Assembly: GCA_040954595.2 (NCBI GenBank) | Contig: CM082585.2 | Coordinates: forward strand, 7,279,808-7,343,807 | Origin: Balanoglossus misakiensis | Lineage: Eukaryota > Animalia > Hemichordata | DNA length: 64,000 nt | Direction of reading: 5' to 3' | In this document: in pieces, positions 17,456 to 30,900 of the stretch | How the letters are laid out: each line of letters begins with the position of its first letter | Numbering within the stretch: the stretch's first letter is position 1 | Position numbers and translations under genes: made by a program | The notes under the pieces: model-generated | Database searches by the model: none | Told to the model about the DNA's origin: nothing | Seen by the model: only the letters and a program-made list of their open reading frames with translations

Positions 17456-20400
17456 CTTAACCGGTCAGTGAATACACGAAAGACCAGTGTGGGGATTGGC
17501 AACGCTTCCTGCCTCTTGCTTGCATGCTATATGTACACTCCAAGGAAGTCAGACACGTTCTGTGTCAACTTCGCATGCTCAAACAAAGTTATATCATAAA
17601 ATTCCTGCCAAAGTGATTGGTAGTTTTAAACCATCAGCAAATCTGATACGCAATCTCGGGCCCGGCTTCCAAGTCAGTGTTGAACTTCGCCGCGCTCGTA
17701 CTCAGTTGCCTGGTTTCCCTTCTGTGGGGGACAATTTGCCTTATCAGCTCCAAGATTGCGAAATCTCTTTACAGCCTCAGAGCTGCTTGTGATAGTGCCA
17801 CTGCTAATGCCAGTAATTGCCAAGTGCCTGTTGATGTGTTCCTGATACAAGTACTGCCATTGAAAAGAATCTGAGGGCCCCCTGTTCCTTGTACAAAAGA
17901 AATCCCCCCCCCCCAAAACAACCAGATGTAACATCACATGACATTTTTTATGAAGCAATTTATTTAATATTATCATAATATGACGAGTTTTCACAGATTC
18001 TCAAGAAAATGACATGCGATTGTCCCATTTGTGTGGCGACAAATGTATTCGAACATATGAAGAGTAATTTGAATAAAAACTGATGTTCCCTATCTAAGTT
18101 AGTACAAAAGGGAAAAGATAAGTGGCATGATGGATTTCATTTTCAAAATCTGTAATAAGTTCAATTTGGACCCCCATAACTTTGTAAAAAAATAAGCCTG
18201 AAATAATTAAAATGCTGTGCAAATCCGATAGATATCATATAGTAAATTACTTCTAAAGTAATCTGACCGCATTCCATTTCAGTTGCACCAGAGCTGTTTG
18301 ACCTCAAAGATCACCTAATCTTATTTGCGGAAAGATTACCTGCAGTGGATTAATACTGGAATTAAATGCTGTAAAAACATAGGAATAGTGACAATTCATG
18401 TTTCTAAAAGGATGACAATTTTGCCCCCAAAATGGGGGTTTCTTTTCTCCTAGATATTGAAGCTACTAAAAACTAGCTAGAAAGTGTAGCTAAAGATTTT
18501 CTATTTCTTTGGTACAGTCTATATTCCTATGAAAACTAATATCGGAAACTAATATCGACAGGATTGAAATCTCACCTGGAAGGTGGTAAATTTTTTAATC
18601 TATTGTGTATATTTGCTCAGGTGACCCCCTTCTTCCACATCAAAGGTGCCCATGTTATCTTGGACATTACTTGAAGTCGCCAACAGGTAGCAGATTGCTG
18701 TGTGGAGGTCTGGCTTTGTCGTCAGAGGACGAGCTTTTGTATGGGTTCGAGAAGAATGATTACGATCGCTCTGATTTTGTGAATTGGAGTGGGTGAAAGG
18801 TTTGAACTTGGAGGCAAAATTGTATTGTGGAGTTTCACTTTGTCAGATCCTTTCCAACACAGTATGTCCATACTGGTCTTTTGAGTTGACTAAAAAACTT
18901 GCATCTACAATGTATGTAGGGCTTACAATGTCTGTAAGCCCTTCTATAATATAGAATCCACAATTTGAATAGTGGTGAGATTTTCATAGTGGAAAGCTAA
19001 TGTCAGCTTTGAGAGAACGTAAAAACATTGAACTTAAAAGTGTGCAATTTTCCCAGCCAGAAATTCAACACTAATTTTGATAATGTTCTCAAAGCATTTT
19101 GAATCTGTATAAAGGTAACCTATATATATGTAATCTTAGAAATGATATTTCTGATAAGAGCCATGCCTATTGTATATTGTCATTGTGTTATTCTATATGT
19201 CAGATGATAAAAGTGGTGATGGGGAGTATGCGTATACAAACTGCACACAGATCTTATGTCTGGTGCTGACAACTTGTAGTCACATTGAACAAACTTGTTT
19301 CAGTATCTACTGAGGGACTGATGAATGACACGGCACAATAAAAAAATCCAGTGTTATTTATCCTGACGCTTGTAAAAACCGCCAGGGACTTTCTGACGCA
19401 CAGCGATGATTGAGAGAGGTGAAAGGTCGCCGAGCGGAGGGCGACCCAGATCTGACCTTGTGCGCATTTGCATTTGTCAGACGGGATTTATCAATTCCCC
19501 ATCCCCTTGGTGGTGATGCGTCGTGTTATCTGATAGTATAACTGAGCTCTGTAATCAGTGTTAGAATTTCACACTTAGGGACTGTAACTGGTGTACAAAA
19601 TCTCTGATAATTGCATCTTTTTAAAACATGTAACACACTCTGAATTTACGTGTATTTACCACATGTGCAGTGTTGACATTTCTATAAATTTGATTTTATT
19701 TCTGTTTCGGATACTAACTAGCATAGTGGAAGCTCTCCAGTCTGTAGCTATGGTTCAGCATTCTTATAGTAATATGGAGATAGGTGCTGCACTTCTCAAA
19801 GTGTTGTTTAAACGACCATTCAGAGAGGGGACAAATATATACGGCTTACTGATCAAGATGTCGAAGAAATAAAATTTTCTTGCACAAGTTATATTTTCAT
19901 TGCAAACAGTCAAACATTTGCTTGTGTAATTTGTAAGCGTAGCGCCCTCTGTGGATGAGAATACCCCCTAGAACCATTTTTCAGTAACCGCACAGAGACA
20001 CGCAGAATGATCCAAAGAACACCTTATTTTTTCACACATCACATTCTAAAATCAGCTTTTGAGATCATGTGGTTTTTTCGCTAGAACATAGTATATTTTG
20101 TCTGAGCAAACATGATTTTAGCATTGACTGGAACAAAATGCATTCAAATTTGTTTGTGTGCCTGTTCAGATGGTGAGTTTTGACTCTAGAGGGCAGTCTG
20201 TCCCTAAAAGTGTGGCTGACGTCAACTTTGAAATTATTAGTTTATGGCAGATGCAGCTTGCAATCATTATGATAATCAGAAATTTTCACTATAAATATGA
20301 CTTCCCCAGCAACAAGCTATTCAAGTGACGTACAATCATAGTTAAACTTGGCTTAGCATCACAAATAACCTGTTCTTGATGATTGCTTTGATTTTGTTAT

Positions 20401-23400
20401 TGAAAAGTTTGTTCAAATTTGTTTTAAAATTAATTTGAATATGTTAATCCCTCAATTGAATGATACAGCGTGAAATTACCAATAATGAATATGAGACTCT
20501 TCATAATATTTAAACACCCACCCCCATACCAACCAATCTTGTAACTGTTGTTTGGAGGCATTGAACACTGAACTTGAGGGCTACTGTATTGTGAATGACA
20601 TAAGATGGCTAGAGTATTTGAGTCTATTTCATATGTTGAATTTGAAGTCTCTATAAAAATACTTCCCCATCATCATCTCAGCTTTTCGCAATTGAGTAGC
20701 AAATAAAACAGATCGTAATATAATTTGCACTTCCATGTTTGACTGAAATCCTGGAAGAGTACTCCAGAGCAAATCCCCAGACACCCGGTGTTTGCTCTGA
20801 ATTGTAGATTTGTGAGTTGGTTGTGTTTGATAAGAATTGACAGCCGGTTGAATATTAATAGTATGCCTTGAATGACACTGGTTCCTCGAAAGTATTGGCT
20901 TCTTTAGACTCAAGATGAATCCTTAATGACGGAAGGACCGAACGTAAGCAGGAAATAAAAAAAAAGCAGTCTGATCTAATAGAAAATTTTGCCTGCCTTT
21001 TCAAAGGTACCAATTGATTTCTACAAAAGCCATCAGTTGCCACATTCAGGGGACCAGATCTCCATTGTTGATATATAGCTCATCATTTTCGCCCGACACA
21101 AAGGTGGAGAGAAAAGCGAATGTGCGTTTCATTTGGCGTCGCCGCAGTGCCAATTGTACGAAACTTGGAACTGTCACAGCACCAGAATTGGCCCACAATC
21201 AAACCCCGGATTTTCAGGAATTGCCAGTTTAATTTCCAGGAGAGAAGGAGTGATTTTCATGGGAATAATTTCATTCTGATGCTAAGTAGCCGGAAAATAC
21301 AGCCCTGTTGTTATATTGAGAAGTTTTGGCGTCTTGGCATCAAGGAGTGAATGAGTCTACACTGACTATAGTTGATGACATTGCTGCACGCTGAGACCAT
21401 AAATTACATTAACACGTAATCCTCACAAGATGTTACTTGAGGGAGATGTCATGTTGAGTTTATTCCCTACTGCTCTACTACGATGACCACAACTGCTACT
21501 GCTGTATTACATCAACTAGTACCACCAGGGCCAAGCTCCAACACCATCTCGACCACCACCGATCACATACAACCATAGCACTTTTATATTAGAACTGTAA
21601 AGCCTCAATCTCACTTCTGGCAATAGTTCCTGGCTTCTGAAATCAACCCACAAGGGTTGGAAATAATCTATGCCTGCAAGAATGGTCTAAACTAGCTAGA
21701 AACTTTGAAGGACATTCTTTTGTGGCCAATTCCTTGGGAAATGCAAAATGTGGCTTTTCTTAGTCGACATGAATACAGCAGGAGTTCAAAGATTGTTTTC
21801 TTGAAGTCAAAAAAGATTGCGAAATGAAATTTTGTACTCCGTCTCCATGACAGGATGTGACTATTCATGGTCGAGAAACCACTTCAATTAGGAATTCTTC
21901 TATCACTGGTAACATAATGGTAATACTGCTGCAAATTGGGTATTTGTCCTCCTTGTGACAAAGATATCCCTTCATTAGTTGCTGCAGCTCATTCTGTGAA
22001 GCACTTATACAATTCGCAGTATCAGCGCTCTCCTGATATCGCGAGGCACGGATTATAGCCGATATCTGAAACCGGCGGTTTATCTAACGTGCATTCTTTC
22101 TTGCGGAGATAAGGCACTCTGGATGAAACACCCAACGTGTATCTGTAGGGTTGCGTGCGAGTTCTTGATGGGCAGTCAGTGTGGGTGCATGGCCCTTCTC
22201 TGTCGTCAAAGTCCTTGGAGAGACGAAAGCAACGACGTCTCCTAATCTCGCAGCGTAGTTAATTCCTTTCCAGTGTCCTGCTTGATTTCCTCAGCGTCTT
22301 CAAAGCCCAGTAGCTGCGTTTCTTCAGTTTTTATTGTGATAATATTTCATTTATAGCACCTGATTATTGCGTGCCACTCACCAAAGTATGCTGTTGAAGA
22401 TTGCAGCGTCTGAGCGTTTTTGTTGCGTAAACATGATCGAGGTCTGGACTCGAATTTGTTTGATAACACCAGTATCACGTAGCGAGCATTCTCCGGGATG
22501 CGAGTGCAAAGCTTAAACTAAAACATGGCTGGAGAATGTGGGATTGGAGAGGATTAATATGCAAAACATGACAAAAATGTCACGTTTTTATTGCTGATCT
22601 GGTTGTAGCATACTCCCTTTGGCTTTAGTGACTGCGGGTATATCAATGTGCGTGTATATTTTTTATTTTCATAAATCCCTTGCTCGCAGTCCATAATCGT
22701 TACAATGGTCGGGCGTTGACATTTTTATTTTCATTTGTGATTTTGTTGCTTGCATACTTGAACCGTAATTTCATATAGTTCAACAAGAAACCACCGTCGG
22801 TTGATACACAGGACTAGTGGAAAAATGGCCAACAGTCAAAAGAAATTAAACTTTAACATTTAGGTTATCTTCTGTATAGCATAATATTTCACCAGGATGT
22901 TTTTAAATATTGATACTTTAATATCCTGTAATCAAATCAAATAACCCGGGCCATGAGGTAAACTTCTAATCTTACAAAGTTCAGAAAAAAAGTGGAGGGA
23001 TGTCTTATTTTAGAATTGGCATCAGGTGTCTGGAATAGACAAACAATTACCTTGTTAACATATGTGTGTGCTATAACTCTCAAATTTTGGTCCAAAAGTT
23101 ATTTTGTTGAAAACTCAACACCAAAAATAGGTTATGTCCCCAGTAGCAACCTTTAAAAGTCTTTACAAGAAACTAATAAATCAGATATTATAGGAAATGT
23201 CTGGATTTCGGTTCTACGAGATATGTATTATGCCCGTCTCTCCAACATTTGGGTGATAGATTACATACTGTTTGACTTGATTGAAAGAGATTAAGTTAAA
23301 ATGACTTAATCTTCAGCAACATTTTTGCTTTTTCTTTGAAAAGGTTAAATACCGGGGAACATGTACGAAAAATGTCAGATATTCCAAACAAATAACTATT

Positions 23401-24391
23401 CCGCTGAATAAATGGCCTGCAAATGTCAGGCTATCCATCAATGCAGTGACTTCCTAATTCCTGTAAACAAACCTCCAACGTGATGAAAAATGAGTCTGCA
23501 AATGCAGCGCTACCTTCGAACAAACTAACGTCCAGTATCGTACAAATAATGGGTCTAGAAATGCAGGGCTATTCATCAACGTACAGCTGGCTGAACATTT
23601 TTACAACTTGATGTTGAGCCAGAGTTTAAACGAAAGCTTAAGGCTTATTGTGGTTTTAAAAAGAAGATGTTGTTAATCTTTGAGGGATAACTTGAAGAAA
23701 GCTCCTTAATTGAGATTAGCGCAAGTGCTTCTGTTCAGCAGCCCAACTTTCGAAGTGGTTTTTCTCTCTCTCTCTGGTCTACAGATCTTGCATGTCTTGT
23801 CACACTGAAGTCATGCCTGTTTATGATAATTAGCATACAGTGTACAAGCTGGCCTGTTAGTTACCCAGGGAGACATGCAACTTTGGATCCTGGGCTGAAA
23901 GTTAGTCTACAGAACAGAGAATACTTTAATACAGACCACTTTGTTTAAACACATATACTCTTCTTCTGCCTTGATCAGAACAAAGATCGGCACAAATTCT
24001 GACCAGTCCTGTTCTGCTAAATTTTGTGAACAGTCAACAGGTGTCTTTTAAATAAGCAAATCCGTTGCCATGGTATTGAATCAATGAGATTCTTGTCCCT
24101 AAGCATTTGTTTATAGCATAACACATTTTTCATTGAGCTCACTGAAACATTCTCAAATCTCAGATTGCTGTGACCGTTGTAACTTTCTTTTATTAGCATA
24201 TGAATAGATCATTGGCATTACTTGTGGTACATACCTGAGAAAGGTACAATGTATGTTGAAAAATAATAACAGTGATGCTAGAATGTAAGTGTTGAGTACC
24301 GGTAGAGCTCAAGTAACCGACACTGTGGCGTATTTCAGTGAGTAGAACAACACATGACTGGCCATGTAAAAGAACGATCAGCGACCATTAA

Positions 24392-24576
24392 AGGTATACG
24401 GTCACCTCCAATTTACATACGCCCATATATGTCAGAAATGGCGTATTTGAATGTTCCAAGGAACATATGGTGGCGCTCTTTTTTTCACGTGTGCCACCCA
24501 CTGAAAATCTGTGATTAGCTATATTTCTATTTGCCATGGTAACTGAAGCTATATTTGCATAGGTGACTGTATACCT
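24392..24576. mobile_element. 185 bp MITE with TTAA target duplication (Kolobok/T2-like)
   Basis: ttaa|aggtatacggtcacct ... aggtgactgtatacct|ttaa: 16 bp terminal inverted repeats with 1 mismatch, TTAA at 24388-24391 and 24577-24580. Confidence 0.85.
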
Positions 24577-25805
24577 TTAATAATGACAAGGGACAGCGAC
24601 TGTGGTCCTCTAAGCCTGGCAGATTAGGCCACTGCAGACAAGTGGGAGAAGAGAATTGCTCATCTGGTAATTCCAGGAATCACGCAGCACAGGAAAGATT
24701 TCTCTTTCATCTGAAGTTGAAACCCACGCATAACTGATAATGAAGAATGCTCGACACCGCCTGTGTGCGCCGAGCCGACACACACTCCGCTGTCGCTGAA
24801 CCCCATCAACCCGGCAATCCCCCCGGTGAAATGCAGAGGCCCGCTTTCCGTGCACTGGGCGTGTGCTCGGTAAGACGTACCATGGGGAGCCGAGGGGGGT
24901 GGAAAGGTCGGAATAGTAGAAACCACAGAGCATGTTGTTATTACAGCCAAGTATAAAACCACAGACAAGATGACTCGATGCCGCCTAATAATATAATAAA
25001 CGAATCAGCCTTGGGCGTAATTTCTTGATAACTTGTACAATTGACAGCACTGCAAATGTATATCTTGTTAAATGATATAATAATTGGTTGAGGAATTTCC
25101 ACTCTCGAGAAACATATTGTCGGGATCACCCATTGACATGTTATTAATAAGAAATAATCTCGACTGGTGGTGATGTTAACTTAAGATGCTCTGCACATCT
25201 GAGACTCGGTGCTGATTGATTGTTTTCACTCTGCAGAGAAACAGAAATCAATGTGCGCTCGATAAACCTGCTAAAACCTTTTAAAGCGAATATTGGTTTT
25301 GCGATAATAGCCTTTCAGAATTCATTTAACACGCTCTTAATGTGATCATGCATTGTTCTTTATTAAAGAAAAAAGTAATATTGTTTTGGGTCATTTGAGA
25401 CAGAGAAGGTACATTTGAGGCAGTGCTGTGAGTTTTCTGTTTATGAGGACATTTCAAGATCTTCAGGGTCATATGATGTAATGTTGACCTGAGAGTGCAT
25501 GTAGGTCTGTGATGTAATATTATTATCTTGAGAATGATAATGTCATGTGACAGGGGTGTCTGGAAGCTTAGAAGTATATGGCAACTGTACACAAGTTGAT
25601 AGTTGATAAGGGACTTGATGAAATGGTAAGAAAGGCAAATTAGTCAGCTGTTGTCCTATAATCAATGTTGTCCTGAAAATGTGATATGTAGGTCATATGA
25701 TGAAGTATTTCCTCATAAAGGTACTAGGCGATATGATGTAATATATGTTACCATCCGGTGACATGTATAAAATACAAACATGACGCTTTTTTGAGTGAAT
25801 ATCAT

Positions 25806-25811
25806 TTTATT
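25806..25811 (-). terminator. Candidate polyadenylation signal of the distal GPCR gene (3' UTR about 2.1 kb)
   Basis: AATAAA on the minus strand, at the end of a UTR-like stretch below the stop codon at 27959. Confidence 0.3.
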
Positions 25812-27958
25812 TTTTTACACCTCATAAACAATCAACAACAAAATCTAACAACTGCAAGGTTATTGCAACAAAGCTTTAAACTGAAATGAAACGGTAGCAT
25901 TTATTTCTGGTGTATACCTCTCTATCTCTACAATCTCTTCATAGAATATGCCAAATATGCACTTGAATATATAGATGGATGAATTTGATTCGCCCATTGG
26001 GCGTAAAACTTAGAACAGCAGATGCCGTCAACCAATCAGCAGCCAGTATACATCCACTTGTGGAAGATGTTGTAAATACTAAAATAAATAACAGAAGCAT
26101 GATAGAAAGCAGATGAAAAACTCAAACAAGATTTCAATCCATGTGGGCAAAAAATAACAACTCCAAAGAAAGACTACAGAATTGTGATCATTTTGTCCTG
26201 ATCTGTGCAAATAAAATAATTGTTCTGATGTGCAACCAAATATTGTCTGTGTTTGTGGTACATAACAATTAATACACAGAGACTAGAATACAGCATATTT
26301 GTCAAAATACAAAGTGAGTGAAAATGTCTCGTGGCCGGAAGGCCTTAAAATAGTGTGTCTTTTCATTAAAACTTTCCATGTATACAATGTGATTTTAGAG
26401 ATGCTCGTCTTTCCTCTAGGTTAAAAAGCGTAAAAATAGGGTGCCCCTCCAGGACCGATTTTTTGCAAATGGCAACCCCCCAAACTTTTGCTGCTGCACA
26501 GTCACAAAGGGACTCTGCTGAAATAAATGCCTTCTGAGGAGCTTGTTTTCATCAGGAGTGTTTACATGTATGTGCTTGCTTTTGAGAAAATGAACATTTC
26601 GTGTTTGCAATGGATTTACGCTGGAGGGTGGAAAGCATTGTCGATTCAAAAATATCGGAGAAGTTTTGAGCAATACAGACTAAAATTGGCTTTGTGAGCC
26701 TCGTGTTTGTGTAGATTTTTCGAAATAATTCCTAGGAAAAGGAGGTCTTTCTCCGTTAGGTGCAAATTATATTAAACTTTCAATATAGAATTCACAGCTA
26801 GTCGGAGATCTGTCTTCTCACAAACAACACAAGGCATTGAGTTGTAACTGTCATCCCCCAATTCCTGTGTGACATCTGTAAAGAGTCTGTCCTTGTCAGC
26901 TTAATTCTATTATTCGATGCGGAACTCAATGAGCTGGCCAATTTGTCCACAATTGTCCAACTTGACCATGCAGTATTGACTTTGTATCATTCATCAATTT
27001 TAAAATCTAATCCAATTTCGTAAAGCATTCCCCATTTAGAATGATCACAGACACTTACTCACACCCACGACTGATGTTTCCATGCATTGTAAATTCATTC
27101 TCAAATTATGGATTTAGAATTTGCAAAAAGGTGTGCTGCGTGTGTGTTCTTTCTTCTCTCAGTAATACAACTTTATGACTGAAAATTTCTTATCAGAGGG
27201 TGTTTCGACAATTCGACCTCAGTACGCTGTTATCAAATTTTGAGTGTTCAATACAGTTCATGAGACAGCCATGCAGAAGGATAAAATTTCAAGGTATAGC
27301 TCAAGATAGTGATTGTCGTGGTTTTTTCTCCAGGCCAACTTGCTTGTTTTCAAAACATATTCCAAGGATTCCTGAATGAGAATTGACAAAGGTCGCAAAA
27401 TATTGTCCAAAACTTTATACAGATTACAGGGCCGCTGATCTGAATGACCTACTAAAAGCCAATAGTTAAATTACAAGTCAATATTCCAGTGGATATTTAA
27501 ATTGCAGGTCGATATACCCAGCATTGTTTAAAATACAGGTCAACATACTTGTTGATATTGAAATTATGGGTCAATACACCAGTCAGTATGTAAATTACAG
27601 GTCAGTATTTTCTGTATATCACTGTCTGCTGACCAATCACACTTCATGGGATTATTTGCTTCTTCTCTTGATGGTTTGTTATAGATCAAAATCCATGATA
27701 GTCTGTCTCTAAGCATATTTTCTTGCATGAATTGCGCAGTATCAAGAAGCATGTCACTTGAATCTGACTGTCGGCAACGAGACAAGTTAGTAAATATCAT
27801 TAATCAGTTAGTGTGTGAGATACTCGATCAGTAGAAAATTCCTAATTAGTATACTTTTGCAACTTTTGATCTTTTTTTGTAAATTTCTGTAAATTATTTT
27901 ACCAAAAATAACTGAAGGAATTGAGCCTGTTAATTTTTCCTCTTTTATGAAACTGAAG

Positions 27959-30900
27959 TCAATGTGTGGTGAGTAGACGGTGTGTGGTTTCTCGTTCCAA
28001 GTCGCGATCAACGCTCCTGCCCGCGCCGGACACCATGCACTTGGCGTGGTCTCGGGCCTTCAGTTCCCTGTGGCTGCACGTCAAGGTGGCCAGGAACGCA
28101 CTCCTGAACCTCTTGTTGAAGACCGTGTACAGGATGGGGTTGATCATGCTGGAGATGTAGCCCAGCCAGAGGCAGAAGTCCATCAGCAGAGGGGGGAAGT
28201 AACACGATTTGCACAGCACCGAGAGGACGTTGGAGAAGAAGAAAGGCGCCCAGCAGATGACGAAGAAGAAGAACACGAGTCCGAGGACTTTGGTCGCCCG
28301 CTGTTCATTGCTGATGGAGACCGCGCTGGAGCGGGACATGTTCGACATAGTTTTCCGGAGCGAGTGGGTTTTGCCGATGAAGTGGCCCTTGAGCGAGTTG
28401 CCCCTCCTGGGCGTGGGAGATTCCAGCGTGGCCGAGTTCTCCGTGTGGACTCCGTTTCCGTTCTGCTGCGTGATCAGCTTCATGGGCAGGGATCCGCCGG
28501 CGGTCGGGCTCAGCGACTTCCTGGGCACCACGTTGTTGGCTCCTTTATTGTAGCTGTACCTGGTATTCCCGCCACCGCCGAAGTGGCGCCCGAGACGGCT
28601 GCCCGAGCCCCGGCGGAACGAGTACCTGCGAAGCACCGACTGCGACGGCTTGTCGCAGCACAGCTGGGCCTTTTTGCGCAGTTTGTGCACCGTGAGGCTG
28701 TAAGTCACGATAACGATCCCGAGCGGTATAAAGAAGGCCACGATTGATCCGTACAACTTGAAGTAATCGTTGGTTAGCGCGCACACGCGATCGTTCAAGA
28801 CGTTAGTCTCGTCCGTGAGTCCTAACGCGATCAGGGGGCACGATAATCCAATACTGATAACCCAGACTAATAGAATTTTGACGGCGACCCGGAGAGACGA
28901 GTGACGGTAATGCGAGACGTGCTTTATCGGCGACGAGATGGCCAGGTATCGGTCCACAGATATGGTGCACAAATGCATTATAGATGCCGTGCAGCAGAGC
29001 ACGTCAAAGAAAGTGTACATGTCACAGAGTATCACTCCATAAGGCCAGTGTCCTGCAAAAAAAACCAGAAAAAAACACATAAGTTTTCAATAGCAGAGTT
29101 AGAAAAGGAACAATAAAATGTACTATTCTAATGTCTGTCATCACCGCCAAAGCTAAAATCATCATTTTTGTGCCTCTAAGAACCAAGAGAGGGCCTGTTC
29201 ATATTCGCTTTCATAACATTCAAGGTTGAACCCTCTTAGTGATCAATTTATATTTTGATGACGTCTGATGAAGAACATATGAAAAGTGTACTTGTGACAT
29301 AAAATACTTTTGCCAATAGCACTTTTTGAAAAGAAGCGATTAAAATCTGCAGATTTAAAGCCTCTGGAAATTAATTTTGGGAATAAATTGTTATAAACAA
29401 AGGAGAGTTTACTGTTAGTAGAAATTTTAAAATAGTCATAAAGTGGGTTGACATTTCTCATCAAAAGCTACCATGTACCTGTGCTTTGCGAGCTGTTATA
29501 GTTGAAGGGCATCGTGTACATTTTGCTCCTAAAAGAAATTGGTTTCTTTAATTTCACGGAAGGTCTGTGACATTATTTTGTCATTAGTTGTGTACCCCTC
29601 AAAGGCTTGACATTTTAATACTTTTTTCTGAAATGCCATGAAATTTTTAATGGCTGCTCTGTTGGCTTTTTACCAGCTGTCGTGCCTTTTGTTGGAGCTT
29701 TGTTACTTTTCACAGAATGCGTCTTTTTATACCCCCTTTGCCAGATTTGTCATAAAACGTGCTCTAGATTTGACAGATGAGCAAGACCCACTGTCGTAAA
29801 ATATTACAGTCCATGGGTGGTAAAGAAAAAATGAAATAATACTATGAGAAGAATGTATTTCGTTGAATTTTGTCGATCACGACAGACTTATTCAACATGA
29901 GCAAACAAAAGTGAATGGCCTTGTTGTTTTGAAAATTTCGCTCATCAGAAGCCAAAACAGATTCGGTTCATGGAGCAGCCTCAGTTCATGCGAAGAATTC
30001 AAAACAAAACAAAAAACACGGAAGAATCCTTCGTTTCTCCGGCATCCATCAAAACCTGGCCCCAGGCAAATACCTCAATAAGATGGAATTTTCAAATAAT
30101 AAAGCAGGGAAAACAGATGGTGTGGGGGTTGAATACCACTCATAAATCCAGCGGTGGCAGAACGATGGCATTAAACTGTTCCTTTTTTCCATTTGCTCTT
30201 GTTACGATCTTCAGCATCTTTGCCTACCAGACAGTAAAAATCATTGTAGATTGTTTTTACATTGAAATGCCTCTGCGCTTCACAAAAAGATACCAGTAAG
30301 CTCCCTGGTTGTAATATCGCATATAATCACAACATGCTGGTTCAGGTATTCTGGCCCATATTACTATATTACACTCCGGTTTAACTTTGATCTTCTGGCA
30401 AATCTGACAAACAAAGGAGATCTCACTATGTGATATTTAAACATTGACTGTCGGTGACATCGCAGCACAATTTGATGACAGGAGCCAGTAACAAGAGAAA
30501 ATAAAAAATGATGTTAAAATATTATGAGCTGTGCGTCAAAAGACGGCATTACGGTGTTAAATTCTTTCCCAGGATGACTTATGAGGCTTCTGAAGAGAGA
30601 TTAATATTGTATCAGGGCTGTCAGGTCAAGTGTTCATTGTTGGCTTAGGATTTTGGGGTCAGAGGCCAAACGGAGAAATCCATTCACACTTTGTAAGTCA
30701 GTCGTTATCCCGAATTTATGAATGTGGCATTTCCCACAAAGCGTTTAATGAACTCAGTGGAGACACAGCACAGATATTTTTTTTCCCTTCCCGGCACGAT
30801 CGAGTTAATCGTGAGTGCCGAAATCTAGGAAGGAACTAAAGAGGTGCGTTTAGCTTTTATTAAAATAGCGGCAATTGAAACAAGACAGGAGACAATCAAA

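Noticed and set aside
19940-19955. CTCF-like motif (AGAGGGCGCTA on the minus strand) between the receptor genes; similar words near 6600 and 39085
   Set aside because: The 5' half does not fit the consensus spacing; too weak to call.
27966-28784. Antisense and alternative-frame ORFs (up to 255 aa) over gene B exon 2
   Set aside because: GC3 shadow ORFs; they do not resemble the missing PSMD1 exons.
29053-29080. ORF-track start MCFFLVFFA of the 373 aa ORF
   Set aside because: This is the polypyrimidine tract of the acceptor; the exon starts at 29052.
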